Of a DNA stretch of 64,000 bases, positions 12,770 through 27,314 are shown piece after piece. Source of the DNA: Scyliorhinus canicula (Eukaryota); contig NW_024055454.1 in NCBI RefSeq assembly GCF_902713615.1, forward strand, positions 62,001 to 126,000, written 5' to 3'. The notes beneath the pieces were generated by a model, which ran no database searches, had not been told where the DNA came from, and was given only the letters and a program-made list of their open reading frames with translations. The stretch's first letter is position 1; each line of letters begins with the position of its first letter. The position numbers and the translations under genes are program-made.

Positions 12770-13990
12770 TCAGCAAATTTGATTCACTCCACATGATATC
12801 AAGAAACGGCTGACGGCGATGCTAATGCATTATCCCTGGCAACATTCTAGCAGCAATACTGAAGATGTGTGGCCTGGAACTGGCTGCGCCCCAGACAAGT
12901 TGCTCCAGTGCAGGTATAGCACTGACATGTACCCAACAATGTGTAACATTGCCAAACATGACCCGTCCACATAAGGCAGGAAAAATCCAACCCGGCCAAT
13001 TATTGGCCCATCAGTCCGCATTCGATCATCAGCAACTTCATGAAAAGTGTCAAGGAGCATCCTGTCACGTATAGTGTCCTAGCATAGTGTCCCCGGCCCT
13101 AGCTTCACCCTTCATCATAAGGTCAGAAGTGGGGATGTTCGCTCATGATTACCCAATGTTGTGCACCATATTCGATTCCTCAAATACTGAAGCAGTTTGT
13201 CTTCATATACAGTAAGACTTGGACAACATTCAGCTTGGGCTGACAAGTGTCAGGCAATGACCACCCCAAAACATAGAGGTGCTAACCAACTCCCCTTGAT
13301 TTTAAATGACACTACATTGATTGAATCCCCCACCATCATTAGCATTGATGAAAAACTGAACTGGAAGAACCATTTAAATAATGTGGCTACAAGAGCAGGT
13401 CAGTGGCTGGAGATTTTACGGTGAGTTACTCACCTCCTGACTTCCCAACCCCTACTCATCATCTGGAAAGCAGAAGTCAGGAGTTTAACTGAATATTCTC
13501 CATTTGTCTGAAGTGCGCCCCTCAAGCAACACTCGAGAATCTCAACGCCATCCAGGAGCAAAGCGGCCGACTCGAGGAACACCCCATCCACCAGGCTGAA
13601 ACATTCAGTCCCTGAATCAGGGGTGTACAATTCTAGCAGCGTGAGCGATATACAAGGATGTACTGCAGCAACTGCCTCCTTCTATACCACCTTCCAAACC
13701 CACGAACTCAGACATTTAAAAGGACCAGGCCCGACAGACGCATTGTAACAGCAGGACCTGCAAGTTCCCCGACAAGCCTCACACCATCTTCATAGATTTC
13801 ATAGAATTTACAGTGCAGAAGATGGGAACTATATCTCTGTTCCTTCACTGTCACTGGTCAAATCCTGGAACTCCCTTCCTATCAGCTCTGTGGGTGGACT
13901 TGCTCAGAATGGAATGCAATGGTTCAATAAGCGGGTTCAACACCACATTCCAAGGGCAATTAGGAATTGGCATCAAATGCTGACGTTACT
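12770..13990 (+). mobile_element. Degenerate CR1/L2-superfamily LINE fragment
   Basis: Residual RT-like translation (...IDEKLNWKNHLNNVATRAGQWLEILR) with stops and frameshifts. Confidence 0.65.
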
Positions 13991-14551
13991 GGTGACACCA
14001 AGATGCCATTAAATCATTTAAACATATCTCTCAGCTTACATTCACCTAACCCCGCCTCTGTTTACATTACACTTGCCGTGTCTCTATCACATTGCAGCAG
14101 GTCCTGTCTCAGTTTCCCTGCACTCGGCTGAATATCAGTTGTTAATATACAGGCCCACGCCCTGTTTATATTACAAATCATTAATAATAACTGCACTGAA
14201 TCATGTCTCGGTCAGTCTGGCACGAAACACGTCACAATGGTTCCAGCATCAGAACGTTTATCTGTGCATCGTAAACTGGAACAACATTCTGTTTGCATCA
14301 CGTGGTTCGGTCTCAGCTATTACTCGACAAGATAGTTAGATTCTAATAAACTCAATGCTGCTTTAGCTTAATTCTACACCTGTCCATGTCCCTGTTTATA
14401 TAACACTAGTCCCTGCCCCTGTTATTCTTGTGTTGTACGATATCCCTCTTATTGCTGCATTGATCATGTCTCAATTTGTATCAATCGGACACTCCGCTAG
14501 ACCAGAACTCAGTTTATATTGCACTAGGACCCAGTCTCTGATTATGTTATC

Positions 14552-14845
14552 GGCGGCACGGTGGCACAGTGTTTAGCACAGCTGCCTCATAGCTCCAGGG
14601 TTCAATTCTTGACGATCGGTGTGGAGTTTGCACTTTCTCCCTGTGTCTGAGTGGCTTTCCTCCGGATGCTCCTGTTTCCTCCCATAATCCAAAAATATGT
14701 AGGTAGGTGTATTGGCCATTCTAAATTGCCCCTTAGTGTCCAGGGATGCGCAGGTCATGTTGCAAGGGCAGGGGATTGGGGAAGATGTTCTTTCAGAGGT
14801 CGGGGCAGATGCTATGGGCCGAGTGACGTTCTGCCCTGTAGGGAT
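14552..14845 (+). mobile_element. HE1-type (V-SINE) tRNA-derived SINE
   Basis: ggcggcacggtggcacagtgtttagcacagctgcctca...gggttcaattc head with conserved gtggagtttgcac...ctccc core. Confidence 0.85.
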
Positions 14846-16748
14846 TCTATATTTGATCCTGAATCTGCCTATTTTTTCCGAGACCTGCTCACTTTTATTA
14901 ATGCACCAGATGATGCCTCTATTTTGAATTGTGGGCGCATTATTCCACATGTCTTTGAGATGGAAAGATAATATAATAAATAGATATTTTGGACAAGAAA
15001 TCAGTATAGGGAAACAGCCTGAAACGGGATGTATGGTGTATACAGTGTGTGCTATGCAACATTTGATATTCATTTTCAGTGCAGTCAGCCGAATTAGATT
15101 TCAGTTGGCATTTCTTCTTTGCCAGTGCCCAAGACCAATTCCTACCCCAGAGAGCTGTATGTGTAGGCGGATGCAGAGTATTGTGTTTCCATGTGCTTGC
15201 TGCCCTTGTGATTCTCGGAGGTCTCGGGTATGGAAGGTGCTGTTGAAGAAATCATGGCGAGTTGCTGCAGTGCATCCCGTCGATGTTACACAATGCAGCT
15301 ACTGTGTGCCTGCTGTGAAGAGAATGAATGTTGCTGCAACATTAAGTTCTGTCTCAGTTATTTATCTAATGGTCCTTTGTTTATGTTTCACAATTACAAC
15401 TATTCCATTCCCTTAGTTTATTGCACTAGGCCCAGGCAATAGAAGTTCAGTTGTACAAGTTGGAGTGGCTGCAAGAAGATCAGGGAGGTCTGCGCTTGTA
15501 TGTAGATGCATCTAGGGTGCTGATAAGACAGACTATGTCGTTTATCTGGACATAGATCAGCATTGCTTGCTGAAGAATTTTAGACTCTCACTTTTCCCTC
15601 AGTTTTTATAAATCTTCACAATTTCCACCTCAGCCACTTTCCATATTATTGTGCGTGGTCTACCGCAGCAATTACTGAGGCTGAGTCCAATGTAATATGA
15701 ACAGAGATATGGCCCAGTGCAGAACTGAAGCTGTATCTAATGTAATACAGAGACAGGTTTAAATTAATAGAAACAGAGTCAGGTTCTAGGTTATTGTAAA
15801 GAGAGACAAACTGGGTCCATAACGCCATAACATATCGGAGCAGAATTAGGCCATTCGACCCATCGAGTCTGCTCCGTCATTTATTCATGGCCAATATGTT
15901 CCTAATCTCCATTCTCCTGCCTTCTCCCAATAACTCCTGAACGCCTTATTGATCAATACATGTCCTCTAATTGGTGGCCTAGTTTAATATGAACAAAGAG
16001 AAATAGGTCCTTATTTAATATCAACTGACACAGGTACAAGGTAGTATAATATAAACAGAGACGGGCTCACGGCCTGGTGCAATTCAGAGCCCGGGACGAC
16101 TGTCCCTTCAAACACTCTCAGGACTGGTGCATCACAGGTTGGTAGACAAAGAGAAACTCCCTTACACTGTCCCCATCAAACATTCTCAGAGCAGCTGCAG
16201 ATTGTTTAGATGTACAATTAAATTCCCTCTACATAACTCGCTCAAACACATTAACTGCCTGGAAACCAAGAGTTCGATACCACGCAAAACCTCTCTGCAC
16301 TCTTCCTTCAGAGATCCTCAAGACAGGTTGACAGTGGGGTTAGTTACTGGGTAAAGAAATCACTGCATTTTCCCATCAAACTCACCCAGGTCAGGTGCAG
16401 CACAGTTCAGATACGGAGTAAATCTCTCTGTGCACAGTCATGTCCAACACTCACAGGGCAGGTTCAGTGCAGGTTACATGCAAGTAAAGCTTGCTCTACC
16501 CTGGGCAATCAAATGCTCCAATGTCCTGGCAGCTTGATTAAGTGCAAGGAAAGATTCTTCGGCCCTGCCACGTCAAATCCTCAACCACCATGTGAATCCC
16601 AAATCAGATATAGAGGAAAATTGTCTCTACAGTTCTCATTAAACACTCCAAGGTCATTGAATGCTCCAACCTCATTTTAGCTTCCAATGAGATTCCAATT
16701 CATCGGATTCGATTCTATCCATTTAGTTGGAAGCCAACGGGGTGAGAG

Positions 16749-16890
16749 TGCTGGTTTAGCTCAGTGGGCTAGACAGCTGGTTAGTGATGCAGAACAAGAC
16801 CAGCAGCGTGGGTACAATTCCCGTTCCAGCTTACTCGAACAGGTGCCGGAATGTGGCGACTCGGGGCTTTTCACAGTAAAATTGTTATTA
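16749..16890 (+). mobile_element. tRNA-derived SINE (same family as 1763-1945), absent from duplication copy 2
   Basis: gctggtttagctcagtgggctagacagctgg...gaatgtggcgactcggggcttttcacagtaa. Confidence 0.75.
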
Positions 16891-19800
16891 GTGTTGGCCA
16901 CATGTCGATTAAAGACAATGACCCTTCGTGGAGGGACATGAGATAGAACCAGTTATGAGAAAGACACAGAGAGATAGGATACAGGAAAATTTCTACTAAC
17001 ACACTTGGCATGTCCTTATATTTAGATATTAGAGGGAATATTTCCTAATTATGAACATGGATATCATAATGACATTTTTCTCATATAACCGATGAATAAA
17101 AAAATGTCGAAAAACAAACACTAGCTGGAATCCGTTGATCTATTTGCAATTTTGTCTCTATTTCTGTGCTGTGTTGGTGGGGAAACATTTGTTTTGCTTT
17201 TCTCAGTCCGCAATCTAATCTGGAACTTCTATTTCTGTGTTTATTTACATAAAACCCCCACTGGTCACAATGAAATGTTCATGTCAGCAAAACGAGATAA
17301 ACACAGTCACTTATTGATTAGTTTCAACTGAAAATAGCGGTTTATTTTCAGAATATTGACAGTTGGTTAAATGAATAGAAACTTCCATTAGAACAGATGT
17401 TACTTAATTCAAATAAAACATACTTTAAATAAAGTATTCATTCTGAAAGTTATGATAGCCTCAATTAATAAAGCATCTTTAACCAGCTACTTTTCCACTG
17501 AATGTTAAATTGATTGAAATATTAGCCGATTTAAAGTAAATAAATTGAAACATCAGGCAGAGGATTGATCTGTTGTCACATCAATCTCAGATCTTGCGAC
17601 ATATTACAACCTGCATTTAAAAATGTTAACATTAGGAAAGAGCTTGATTTTGTAAAACGCTTTTCCCGACCTCAGGTCATCCCAACGCCCTTAAAACTCA
17701 CTGAAATATTTTTACTGAATTTAGTCACTGCAGTAATGTTGGAAACAGAGCAGGGCATTTGTGCACAGCAAGCTCCCACAAATGGAGATGTGATAAGTGA
17801 CCAGCTAATTTGTGATTTTAGGTGAAGAACGGACATTGGTCCAAGATACTGGGAAAAGCAGCTCTGCTCTTTAGAATTATATCAGTGAGGTAATCCACCC
17901 GAAATGTGACTCTGGTCCTCTCTCTGCTGATGCTCACTGACCTGCTCAGCAGCCTTTTTTGTTGATTTTGTTTTAGATTTCCAGAATCTGCAGCACTTTG
18001 CACAGTTTTGGATTCATTCTCGCTATATAGCCATCAGTGACACAGTCAGCATTAACTGTCCATCCTGAGAAGCCGGATGTGAACCACGTTTTTAATAAGG
18101 TGCACTTCGAGCGATTTTATTGACATTTGACTTTCTGTAGCATGTTCCGTTGAACTGACTTGCTTGCTCGGCAATATCAGAGATAGTTAACAGTCAACCA
18201 CATCATTGCTGAACTAGAGTCACATATGGGCCAGAGTAAGGAAGGAAGCTTTCTTCTCCTGAAGGATGTTGCTGAACCTGCTGGGCGTTGCAAAAGTTCG
18301 ATAGCTTCATAAGTATTATAAATGACACGTCGATTTTTTTCTGATTGATTAAGTCATTCAATTGAAAGTATCTAGAGCTGCCATAAAACCATAAGATCTA
18401 GGAGCAGAAATTGGCCATTCGGCCCATGTAATATGATCTGCCATTCAATGAGTTCGTGGCAAATCTGCTAAAATCCTCAACTCCACATTTCCACGTCATC
18501 CCCATAACCCTTGATTCCCTTACTGATGAAGAATCTGTCTGTCTCAGCCTTGAACATATTTATTGACCAGGCCAACTCTCTATGGCAAAGAATTCTAGAG
18601 AATCACTACCCTCTGAGAGAAGAAATTCCTCCTCATCCTCGTCTGAAATGAGTGGCACCTTACACTTAGATTGTGCCCTATGGTCCTAGACCCTCCCACA
18701 AGCCGAAACAACCTTTAACATCTACACTGTCAAGTGCCCTGAGAAAACTATAAATATCAGTAACTTCGCCTTTCATTCTTCTAAACTCCTATGCGTGTAG
18801 TCCTAACCTACTTTAGCCCTCCTCATGTCAGTCTCTGTGGTGCAATTGGTCAGCGTGTTTGGCTGTTTACCGCAAGGTTTGTGATTCAAGGCCGGATTCT
18901 TCTTTATTTGCTGACAGACAGAGTACCGATGGGCCGAGGAGCCTCTGTCTGTGCTGTGAAATGCTACCTGCCTTTGAAAATCCCTCCATTCTCGGGAATA
19001 ACCTAAAAAGCCTTCTCAGGACTGTCCCCAAATATCTATCCTTACATAAGGAGACCAAAATCGTTCACAGCATTACAATATGCCCTGGAGGAATTTGCAC
19101 TCCTGTGTCTGGAGTATTAGTTCAGACCTCCAGGTTACCAGTTTTGTAATAATCTTGCGAAACTACCCCTAAGACTGAAATCATCACATCTAAAAGATGG
19201 AACAACTGAACATAATACACTCCTCCTGCATTGGATCACAGGTCTGGATCATGGGCTCAGGTATCTGTTGTGGGAGGTGATATGGATTCCACTGAGACAA
19301 GACTGCTAACCTATCATGGTTTGTATTTTGACATTCTGACATATTGCTCAGTGTATCTAAAGTTCAAACTCTGGGTCCAGTCTTACTTGGGTCAATTTAA
19401 TTTTCAGAGGCTGGTCTTTTATTAGTCTTGGTCTTATTCGGACACAATGGTAATGGTGAATGGGAAGTCCATTGGCTCCATATAAAATATCAGTTATTCC
19501 AAAAATAGCATCTAAATGCAAGCAAGGCAGAAACATATGTACAACCTGATCTTCTCACTGCATCAGCTGCACGGTCAGAGCGGTTGGAAGCTGGGATTGT
19601 TTTCCTTATAACCCAGCAGGTTATGGGAAGGCCTGGTGAAAATGGTCAAAATCGGAATGGTTTTGTTTGATTAGTTAGGAAGAAACTTAATTCACTGGAA
19701 GAAGGGTCAGAAAACAGAGAACACTGATTAATGAGATATTAATTCATTTTCCGCTCTGATTATAAACCGATCAAATTGCAACAGGACTAGACAGGGCGGA

Positions 19801-20424
19801 TGCAGAAAGGATGGTCCCGATGGCCGGCAAAGCTAGAACAAGGTGTCACAGTCTAAGGATACGGGGTAAGCCATTTAGGACTGAGATGAGGAGCAATGTG
19901 TTCACCCTGAGATTTGTGAATCTGTGAATTCTATACAACAGAACGAAGTTGAGTCCAAAGTATTCTATGTTTTCAAGAAGGCGTTAGATAAAGCTCTTGG
20001 GGATCAAAGCTATAAAGGGACCAAATGACAGGGGGGAAAGTGGAAACAGGTTACTGATGTGGATGACCAACCATGATCAGAATGAATAGCGGAGCAGGGA
20101 CAGAATGGTTTACTCCTGCTCTATTTTCTATGTCACTGTATTACGTCAAATCTGTTTCTTCTCAAGTTGAATGAGACTCTGCCTTTATTTATATTAAAGT
20201 AAATCCTGTCCCTGTCTATACTACACTGTTCTGTTTGTGCCACACTCAATTAATATTACACTAAACCATGCACATTATTATATTACATTAAGTTCCGCCT
20301 CTTTTATATTCCACTGGAATGTGTCTCTTTACATCACACCAGGGCCTGTCTCTGTTAATATTATACCGGACCATGTTCCTGTTGTCTGTCTCGATATTAT
20401 AAATTATTTTATATATTTGCTTGT

Positions 20425-21235
20425 TGTGACTCGTGGTGTTCCGCAGGGACCAGTGGTGGGACCTTTGATGTTGGTAGTATATATAAATTATTTTGAGGAA
20501 AATGTAACTGATCTGATTAGTAAGTTTACGGACGACACAAAGGTTGGTAGGGCGAAAGAGAAAATGTTGGAAAATCTCAGCAGGTCTGGCAGCATCTGTA
20601 GGGAGAGAAAAGTGCTGACGTTTCGAGTCCAATGACTCTCTCTCACACAAAGGTTGGTGGAATTGCAGATAGCGATGAGGACTGTCAGAGGACATAGCAG
20701 GATTTAGATCGTTTGGAGACTTGGGTGGAGAGATGGCAGATGGAATTTAATCCGGACAAATGTGAGGTCATGCATTATGAAAGGTCTAATACAGGTGGAA
20801 AATATACAGTGAATGGTAGAACCCTCAAGAGTATTGACAGTCAGAGAGACCTAGGTGTACACGCCCACAGGTCACTCAAAGGGGCAATATTGGTGGAGAA
20901 GGCAGTCAAGAAGGCATACGGCATGCTTGCCTTCATTGGTCGGAGAATAGTGCTTAAAAATTGGCAAGTCATGTTGCAGCTGTATAGAACCTTAGTTAGG
21001 CCACACTTGGAGTATAGTGTTCAATTCTGGTCGCCACACTACCAGAAGGATGTGGAGGCGTTTGAGAGTGTGCAGAAGAGGTTTACCGGAATGTTGCCTG
21101 GTATGGAGGGCATTAGCTATGAGAAGAGGTTGAATAAACTTGGTTTGTTCTGACTGGAACGACGGAGGTTGAGCGGCGACCTGATAGAGGTCTACAAAAT
21201 TATGAGGAGCATAGGCAGAGTGGATCGTCAGAACC
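20425..21235 (+). mobile_element. CR1 LINE RT/3' fragment, present only in duplication copy 1
   Basis: Translation ...GVPQGPVVGPLMLVVYIN...ISKFTDDTKVG... and WQMEFNPDKCEVMH...LYRTLVRPHLEYSVQFWSPH. Confidence 0.9.
20549..20644 (-). mobile_element. Short Penelope-related insertion nested in CR1, 14-bp TSD
   Basis: ACACAAAGGTTGGT duplicated at 20535-20548 and 20645-20658; same family as 40429-40574 and 63200-63320. Confidence 0.75.
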
Positions 21236-22347
21236 TGATGCACTGGCAGTGTTAGACAGAACCGTGTCTCACAGTATCGCCAGATTGGCACCCACAGGAT
21301 AAATATCTGAACAATCATAGAACTCTCATCTGGTTAAGGAGAGCAATTGAAATCACTGCAAAAACGTATTGACCGTTCGTGTCGGTGTGGAAAAAACATT
21401 GTTCAAAATGTTTGCAACTGTAATCAATCAAGACGTAATGCTATCTTCGGAATTAATTGTTTCACTTTGCCATGTCTTCATGCGTCTCGGCCCTGAGCTC
21501 TGGTACGCATTCCACACTCCTCTTTACCTCAATTCCCTTAATAAAAATCATCCCATATAACTTGCCTCGTCGACCAAGCTTTCAATCATCTGACCTAATA
21601 ACTCTTTAGACATATATTAATCCAGACCCTGCAGCAGGAATGACCGAAATAGACCCTACCTCAGTTTAGACTATTCCAGACTCTGAATCAATGGTCACTG
21701 CTCGACGTCCTATATCATTTAAGGTGAATCAAACTTTGTATCAGTAATTTCTGCACTAGAACCTGTCTCGGTTTATGTTAGTGTGGACTATGTATCAGAA
21801 ATCACTGCACTAGATCCAATCTCAGTGGCACTGTTGCTTCACAGTGCCGTGGTCCCAGGTTCGATTCCTGACTTGGGTCACTGTGCGGAGTCTGCACTTT
21901 CTCCCTGTGTTCTGTGTGGGTTTCCTCTGGATGCCCCGCTTTCCTCCCACGTGCCCCGAATGACGTGCTGTTAGGTAACTTTGACTTTCTGAGTTCTCCC
22001 TCTGTGTACCCGAACAGGCGCCTGAATGCTGCGACGAGTAGCTTTTGACAGTAGCTTAATTGCAGTGTTAATGTAAGCCTACTTGTGGCAATAAAGGTTT
22101 TTGGATTAGTTTAGGTTAATCTCCACCCTGTATGAGTGATAATCGTTTTAGACCTTGTCATAGAGCCATGGAGTCTTAGAGGTTTACAATACAGAATGAC
22201 GCCCTTCCATCCATCGTATCGGCGATGGCAATCAAGCACCTATCTATTCTAAGATCGTCCACAGATGGTCTTCATACCATAAAACTATAAGACACAAGAG
22301 CAGAACTAGACCATTAGGCCCATCGAGTGTGCTCCTCATTCAATCAT

Positions 22348-22565
22348 TTTAAAAATAAATTTAGAGTCAGCAATTCATTTTTTCCAATGAAGGGGCAACT
22401 TAGCGTGGCCAATCCACCTACCCTGCACATCTTTTGGGTTGTGGGGGCGAAACCCATGCAAACACGGGGAGAATGTGCAAACTCCACACGGGCAGTGACC
22501 CAGGGACAGGATCGACCTCGGCACTGTGAGGCAGCTATGCTAACCACTGCGCCACCGTGCTGCCC
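22348..22565 (-). mobile_element. HE1-type SINE with 16-bp TSD
   Basis: CTCCTCATTCAATCAT at 22332-22347 and 22566-22581; head gggcagcacggtggcgcagtggttagc on the minus strand. Confidence 0.92.
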
Positions 22566-24829
22566 CTCCTCATTCAATCATGACTTATGTTTCTAATCGC
22601 CCATCTCCTGTTATCTCCCCATAACCCCTGATCCCCTTATTAATCAAGAAACTATCTATGTCTGTCAGACTGGTTAGATATAGGGAAAGATCCTATGGCA
22701 CTGCCATATCAAATCCTCACCACTCTGTGCAGCTCAGGATAGATACAGAGTAAAATTTTCTCTACAGTTCTCATTAAGCACTACAAGGTAATTGAATGCT
22801 CCAACCACATTTTAGAAGAAAACGCTCTCTATGTATTCCAATTCATTGGATTAGATCCATTTAGTTGGAAGCCAATGGGGTGTGATCGGGCTGAGAGAAT
22901 ATATTGGGCACATGTGACTTCAATTTGTCGATTACCGACAATGACCCATCGTGGAGAGACATGAGACAGAACCAATTGGGAGAAAGACACCGATATCAGA
23001 TACATGAAAACTCTACGAACACATTTGGCATGTCATAATATTCGAGATTAAAGGGAAACTTTCCTCATTCTGAACATAGATATCATGATGACATTTTTCT
23101 CATATAACTGATGAAGAAACACATGTCCAAAAACAATTACTACTTGAATCCGTTAATCTATTTACATCTTCATCTCTATTTCTGTGCTGTGTCGGCGGGG
23201 AAATAGTTGTTTTGTTTTTGTCAGTCTACAATCTAAACTGGGCCTTCTATTTCTGTGTTTATTTACATAAACATCTCACTGGCACAATGTCAGCAAAACG
23301 AGATAAACACAGCCACTTATTGATTAGTTTCAACTCAAAATAGCGGATTATTTTAAGAATATTAACAGTCTATTAAAATGTATAGAACCCTCCATTAGAA
23401 CAGATGTTACTTAATTGAATTAAAGAATACAGTTGAATTAAGTATTAATTCTGAAAGTTCTGATGTCTCAATTAATAAAGCATCTTTAACCAGGCTGTTA
23501 TTCCACTGAATGCTAATTTGATTGAAATATTAACCGATTTAAAGTAGATAAATTAAAACATCAGGCAGAGGAGTGACCTATAGTCACATTAATCTCAGAT
23601 CTTTCAAAATCTTACAACCTGCATTTTAAAATGTTAACATTTGGAAAGAGCTTGCTTTTGTGAAACGCTTTACCCGACCTCAGGTCATCCCAACGCCCTG
23701 AAAACTCACTGATGTATTTTTGCTGAATTTAGTCACTGCTGTAATGTTGGAAACAGAGCAGGGAATTTGTGCACAGCAAGATCCCACAACCTGAAATGTG
23801 ATCAGTGACCAACCAATCTGTGATTTATGTTCAAGAACGGACATTGGTCGAGGATACTGGGAAATCAGCTCTACTCTTTAGAATTATGTAAATGAGGCAA
23901 TCCACTAGAAATGTGAATCTGTTTCTCTCTCTGCTGATGCTCACTGACCTGCTGAGCAGCCTTTTTTATTTTGTTTTTGTTTTAGATTTCCGGATTCTGC
24001 AGCACTTTGCACTATTTTTAACATTCATTCCCGGCCTATGACCCTCACTGACAAAGTCAGCATTAACTGTCCATCCTGTGAAGCCGGATGAGAACCACCT
24101 TTTAGATAAGGTGCACTTTGCACAGTTGAATTTACATTTGACTTTATGTAGCAGATTCTCTTCGACTGACTGGCTTGCTCGGTAATATCAGAGGTAGTTA
24201 AGCGTCAACCACATCATTGCTGAACTAGTTACATATAGGCCAGACAGGGGAAGGCGGGAAGATTTATTTTCCTGAAGGACATTGGTGAACCTGCTGAGCT
24301 TTGGGAAATTTCAAGAGCTTCATGAGTATTATGAATGACACGACGATTTTTATTGCTGATTTATTAATTCATTCAATTATAAAACCATAAGATGTAGGAG
24401 CAGAAGTTGGCCATTCGACCCATGCACCTTCTCTGGACTGCCTCCAAAATATCTATCCTTAGGTAAGGAGACCAAAACTGCTCACATCATTGCAATATGC
24501 CCTGGTGGAATGTGTACTGCCTCTGGAGTAATAGTTCAGGCCTCCAGATTACCAGTCCAGCAACAATATTGCGAAGCAGCCCTAAGGCTGTAATATAATC
24601 ACATCTAAAAGATGGAACAACTGAAACATAAAATACTCCTGCATTTGATCACAGGCTGTCGTGAGAGGTGATATTGATTCTCACGAAACAAGACTATTGA
24701 CCTATCATGCTTTGCATTTTGACATTACATTCTGAGATATTGCTCAGTGTATCTAAAGTTCTAATTCTGGGTGCAGCCTTACATGGGTCAATTTAATTTT
24801 AAGAGGCTAGTCTTTTATTAGTCTTGTGA

Positions 24830-25058
24830 CTTATTCTTTTATAAATTTAGAATACCCAATTATTTTTTCCCGATTAATTGGCTTTTTAGCGTGGCCAATC
24901 CACCTACGCTGCACATCTTTGGGTTGTGGGGGCAAAACCCACGCAAACACGGGGAGAATGTGCAAACTCCACACGCCCAGGGACCCAAAGCCGGGATCGA
25001 ACCTGGGACCTCGGCGCCGTGAGGCAGCAGTGCTAACAACTGCACCACCGTGCTGCTC
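24830..25058 (-). mobile_element. HE1-type SINE
   Basis: Minus strand gagcagcacggtggtgcagttgttagcactgctgcctcacggcgccgaggtccc... head; tail aaatttagaatacccaatt. Confidence 0.9.
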
Positions 25059-26370
25059 CCGTCTTACAACTTGTTCTAACACGATGGTATTGGTGAATGG
25101 GAATTCCACTGGCTCCATATAAAATGTCAGTAATTCCAAGAATAGCATCTGAACACAAGCAAGGCATAAAAATATATACAACTGGGTCTTCACACTGTAT
25201 GATCTGCACGGTCACAGCGGTTGGAAGCTCGGATTGTTTTCCTCAGAACCGAGCATGTTATGGGATGCGTGTAAAAATTGTCAAAATTATTCAGGGTTTT
25301 GTTTGATTAATTAGGAAGAAACTTGATTCACTGGCAGGAAGGTCAGAAAACAGAAGACACTAATTTATGAAATATTAAATCCACCCTCTGATTATAAACC
25401 GATCAAATTGTAACAGGACGAGACAGGGCGGATGCAGAAAGGATGTGTCCGATGGCGGGGAAGGTAGAACCAGGGGTCACAGTCTAAGGATACGGGGTAA
25501 ACCATTTAAAACTGAGATGAGGGGTAATATTATGAACCTGTGGAATTCTCTACCACAGAGCGAAGTTGACTCCAAAGTATTGTATGTTTTCAAGAAGGAG
25601 TTAGATAAAGCTCTTGGGGATCAAAACTCTGGAGCGACCAAATGATATGGGGGAAAGTGGGAACAGGTTATTTAGGTGGATGATCAGCCATGATCAGAAT
25701 GAATAGCGGTGCAGGCTCGAAGGGCAGAATGGTCTACTTCGGCTCTATTTTCTATGCACTGTATTACATCAAATCTGTTTATTCTCATGTTGAATGAGAC
25801 CCTGTCTTTATTTCTATTAAAGTAATCCCTGTCCCTGTCTATACTACACTGTACTGTGTGTGCTACACTCAGTTAATAATACGCTAGAATATGCATAGGA
25901 TTAGATTACATTAAGTTCCGTCTCTATTATATTCCACAGGAATTTGTTTCTTTACATCACACCAGGGCCTGTCTCTGTTGATATTACACCGGACCATGTT
26001 CCTGTTGTCTCTCAATATTATAAATGATTGTACATGTTTGCTTGTTTCTCCAAGTACAATCATCGTTGATTATGAGATTATGTTAATTCCTGTTAATATC
26101 TATAAGTAGTTGTATTAAATGTGTATTTGCTCTGCTATCATGTGGGCAATATTGAGTTGAATATTTTACCAACATCCCAGGAATGAACTGGTCTTGGGAG
26201 ACATGTCTACATGTGAACACCGGTGCACAGCAATTTCCAAAATGTAGAGGAAATCTCTGTTTTGTTCAAAATTATGAATTTACTCTTGTGTTATGCTCTA
26301 TCGATTGGAAAGTTTTTTTTCACGATGGTGATTATTTTCATGCCTCCATTTATATTAACCAATCACCTGT

Positions 26371-26540
26371 TCGAATCCCGGGCCTAGGTCACTGTCCATG
26401 TGGATTTTGCACATTCTCCCCGTGTCTGCGTGGGTTTCACCCCCACAACCCAAAGACGTGCAAGGTAGGAGGATTGGCCACGCTAAATTGCTCCTTAACT
26501 GGAAAAAATAATTGGGTACTCTAAATTTATTTTAAAAATA
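26371..26540 (+). mobile_element. 5'-truncated HE1-type SINE
   Basis: Starts at the B box gttcgaatccc; flanked by near-duplicated tatattaacc(a/c)atcacct. Confidence 0.8.
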
Positions 26541-26851
26541 TATTAACCCATCACCTAATGCACTGGCAGAGTTAGACATAACCATGTTCTCACAGTATCG
26601 CCACGATGGTAATGGTGGGCACTCATAGGAGAAATGCCCACCCAATCATACAACACTCATCTGGTTAAGAAGAACTACTAAAATCGCTGCAAACACGTAT
26701 TGACCGTTCGTGTAGGTGTGCATATGAAACATTTTTCTTATTTTTTGCAACTCCAATCGATCAAGATGTAATGTTATCTTCTGAATTATTTGGTTCACTT
26801 TTCGATGTCTTCATATGTCTCTGTCCTAAGCTCTGGTATTCATTCCCTACT

Positions 26852-27314
26852 TGTTGAAGAAATTAATAGTCAGCACTTCGAGTTTTCGCCAAAGGTTCTT
26901 TATTTAACACGAAGTTCGTGGGGGGATTAGAAAGTCCACAGTCATTCCAAAAGTCCCCGCTTTACAGAGGTAAGGCAAGCAATTTATAAGTTATAGTAAG
27001 CAATATCTTGGACAAAATGCATTCTTTAGATTAGCAAAAAGGGAGAAAAGCGAGCAGGCCGGAGTTGAGTTTAAGTACAGGCCTTGAGTTCCTCGCCTAA
27101 GAAAAATAATAATTGTCTGCTGTCAGCAAAACAGTGTGCAGCTGTATGCTTGTTTACACTGACTGCTTCATACAGAACTTCTTGACTAAAAATAAGGCTA
27201 AATATCCATCATGCTTTGCCAAGTGCCTATTTACATGAGATATAGTCGAGCAGCCAGTTAAAATGAATACAGAGTATTCAGGCAACTAATCCGCCAACTA
27301 AAGTCCCTTCAACA
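26852..27314 (-). mobile_element. Solo LTR (463 bp)
   Basis: Termini TGTTGAAG...CTTCAACA (8-bp inverted); flanks ctact/gtact (imperfect 5-bp TSD); minus-strand TATAAA (26988-26983) followed by AATAAA (26904-26899); absent from duplication copy 1. Confidence 0.8.

Larger units (their letters stand above)
16600..22330 (+). repeat. Copy 1 of a ~6-kb diverged tandem duplication
   Basis: Colinear similarity to 22750-27800, e.g. ctctatttctgtgctgtgt (17157/23175), cagcaaaacgagataaacacag, and ctcacagtatcgcca (21268/26589). Confidence 0.85.

Noticed and set aside
17150-17185. LYFCAV motif (also ~23170) resembling a V end
   Set aside because: No upstream D-x-A, W or C motifs and no RSS; a pyrimidine-rich chance match.
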